32,000 nt of DNA from Xylanibacter ruminicola 23. Its GTDB lineage: Bacteria; Bacteroidota; Bacteroidia; Bacteroidales; Bacteroidaceae. Shown piece after piece: positions 31,342 to 32,000 of this stretch (position 1 is its first letter; every line of letters starts with the position of its first letter). Under the pieces are notes generated by a model. That model had not been told where the DNA came from. It did no database searches and was given only the letters and a program-made list of their open reading frames with translations. The DNA is taken from positions 3,420,001-3,452,000 of the forward strand of contig NC_014033.1 of the NCBI RefSeq assembly GCF_000025925.1, given 5' to 3'. The translations under genes and the position numbers were made by a program.

Positions 31342-31836
31342 TTAAAGACTTGGAGTAATAGCTGCCAACCAGGCATCGATACGTGTATCGGTCTGGTCGT
31401 CCTCATTGATGTCGTCGAGAGGCAGGCCAATAAACTTTCCGTCGATAACTGCTTCAGAATCGTCGAAAGTGTAACCATCGGTTTCAACGCTACCAATAAA
31501 GTTGGCACCGCTGTCTTTGATGCCGTTATAGAGCTCACCCATACCACCTACAAATGTATCACTATAGGTAGAACAGTCGCCACAACCAAAGATGGCGATA
31601 GTTTTTCCGCTCAGGTCGGCACCCTGTAAGGTCTTCAAACCGTCGTACCAATCGTCCTGCAGTTCGCCAGCTCCCCAGGTAGAGGTACCTAAGATCAGAT
31701 TCTGGTTTGCGGCAACGGTTTCGGCCGAAAGATCCTGTACATTCAAGGCTTCGCAACCCAGCTTCGAGGCTATCTTCTCTGCGATGGCCTCGCATGTTCC
31801 TGTAGAGGAACCATAAATTACAATAGTTGAATTCAT
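31342..31836 (-). CDS. fldA: flavodoxin (long-chain, FldA type)
   Basis: 164 aa. FMN phosphate loop IYGSSTGTCE, Trp loop GTSTWGAGE, FGCGDCSTYSDTF, and long-chain insertion. Confidence 0.9.
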   Translation of the reverse strand: MNSTIVIYGSSTGTCEAIAEKIASKLGCEALNVQDLSAETVAANQNLILGTSTWGAGELQDDWYDGLKTLQGADLSGKTIAIFGCGDCSTYSDTFVGGMGELYNGIKDSGANFIGSVETDGYTFDDSEAVIDGKFIGLPLDDINEDDQTDTRIDAWLAAITPSL

Positions 31837-31860
31837 TACTTTATATTATCATTATGTGGT

Positions 31861-32000
31861 TTAATTCTTACATTTGCAGTTTCCGTCGCATTGTCCTTTA
31901 CGTTTGCAATAGCGCTCGCACTGGGCACAGATGTCGTACCCCAACATAGCACCAAGAATAAAATCCTCTTCAGGTGTAAGTTGGTTCAACGGACGGGTAA
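31861..32000 (-). CDS. Cys-rich protein, C-terminal part only (possibly DUF2023-like; from memory)
   Basis: The minus frame is open to the window end. It translates to ...[44 protein letters not shown], stops at 31861, and lies 24 nt upstream of fldA (an operon). Confidence 0.5.
   Translation of the reverse strand, partial: TRPLNQLTPEEDFILGAMLGYDICAQCERYCKRKGQCDGNCKCKN

Noticed and set aside
1-32000. Search for tRNA, rRNA, integrase or transposase genes and for direct repeats bounding the 2-10.6 kb accessory region
   Set aside because: None were found by eye. No T-loop GTTCGAATC-type motifs occur in a plausible tRNA context, and no recombinase-like ORF is present. I therefore do not claim defined mobile-element ends or an att site.

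Overview
This window is chromosomal DNA from a Bacteroidota genome, Bacteroidales or Prevotella-like. The taxon call is an inference. It rests on many TAnnTTTG -7 promoter boxes 20-70 nt upstream of start codons, frequent lipoprotein signal peptides, glycoside hydrolase content, and an HU_rel-type histone-like gene followed by a roughly 30-aa microprotein.

Gene content, left to right:
- 1-2016: a GH2 glycosidase (open at the window edge) and a beta-barrel-like outer membrane protein.
- 2.0-10.6 kb, an accessory region. It holds an integrase-less replication module: M15A peptidase, a DUF4373-like protein, a T7 gp4-type zinc-finger/Toprim/P-loop primase-helicase, and a 60-aa Zn-ribbon protein, followed by four 15-bp repeats phased at exactly 22 bp. 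Next come an AT-richer AbiEi/AbiEii type IV toxin-antitoxin (abortive infection) pair and a lipocalin-plus-C11 (clostripain-like) lipoprotein. These are bracketed by two homologous terminator hairpins. An HU-like gene and an unannotated 33-aa membrane microprotein follow.
- 10.7-14.5 kb: a fucose operon (mutarotase, fucI, GH29 fucosidase) with a divergent AraC regulator.
- 15.7-26.0 kb, housekeeping: hemN and an FAD protoporphyrinogen oxidase, a GH3/PA14 glycosidase, a lipoprotein-signal nitroreductase, gpx with an OhrR-like MarR, Lrp/AsnC, metY and cysK.
- 26.2-30.3 kb, minus strand: an Agp-like histidine acid phosphatase downstream of a membrane-anchored TPR-AraC regulator. Upstream of that regulator are two tandem paralogous 32/33-aa hydrophobic ORFs, a 2+4 inverted array of a 17-bp motif phased at 20-22 bp between divergent promoters, and an orphan promoter-to-terminator unit (candidate sRNA).
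- 30.4-32.0 kb: a cobalamin riboswitch upstream of a flavodoxin paralog whose FMN-binding loops are deleted or replaced, plus a 29-aa transmembrane ORF. This unit is convergent with canonical fldA and a Cys-rich partial gene.

I saw no rRNA, tRNA, CRISPR array, transposase or integrase. All family assignments come from motif recognition by eye. No database search was run.
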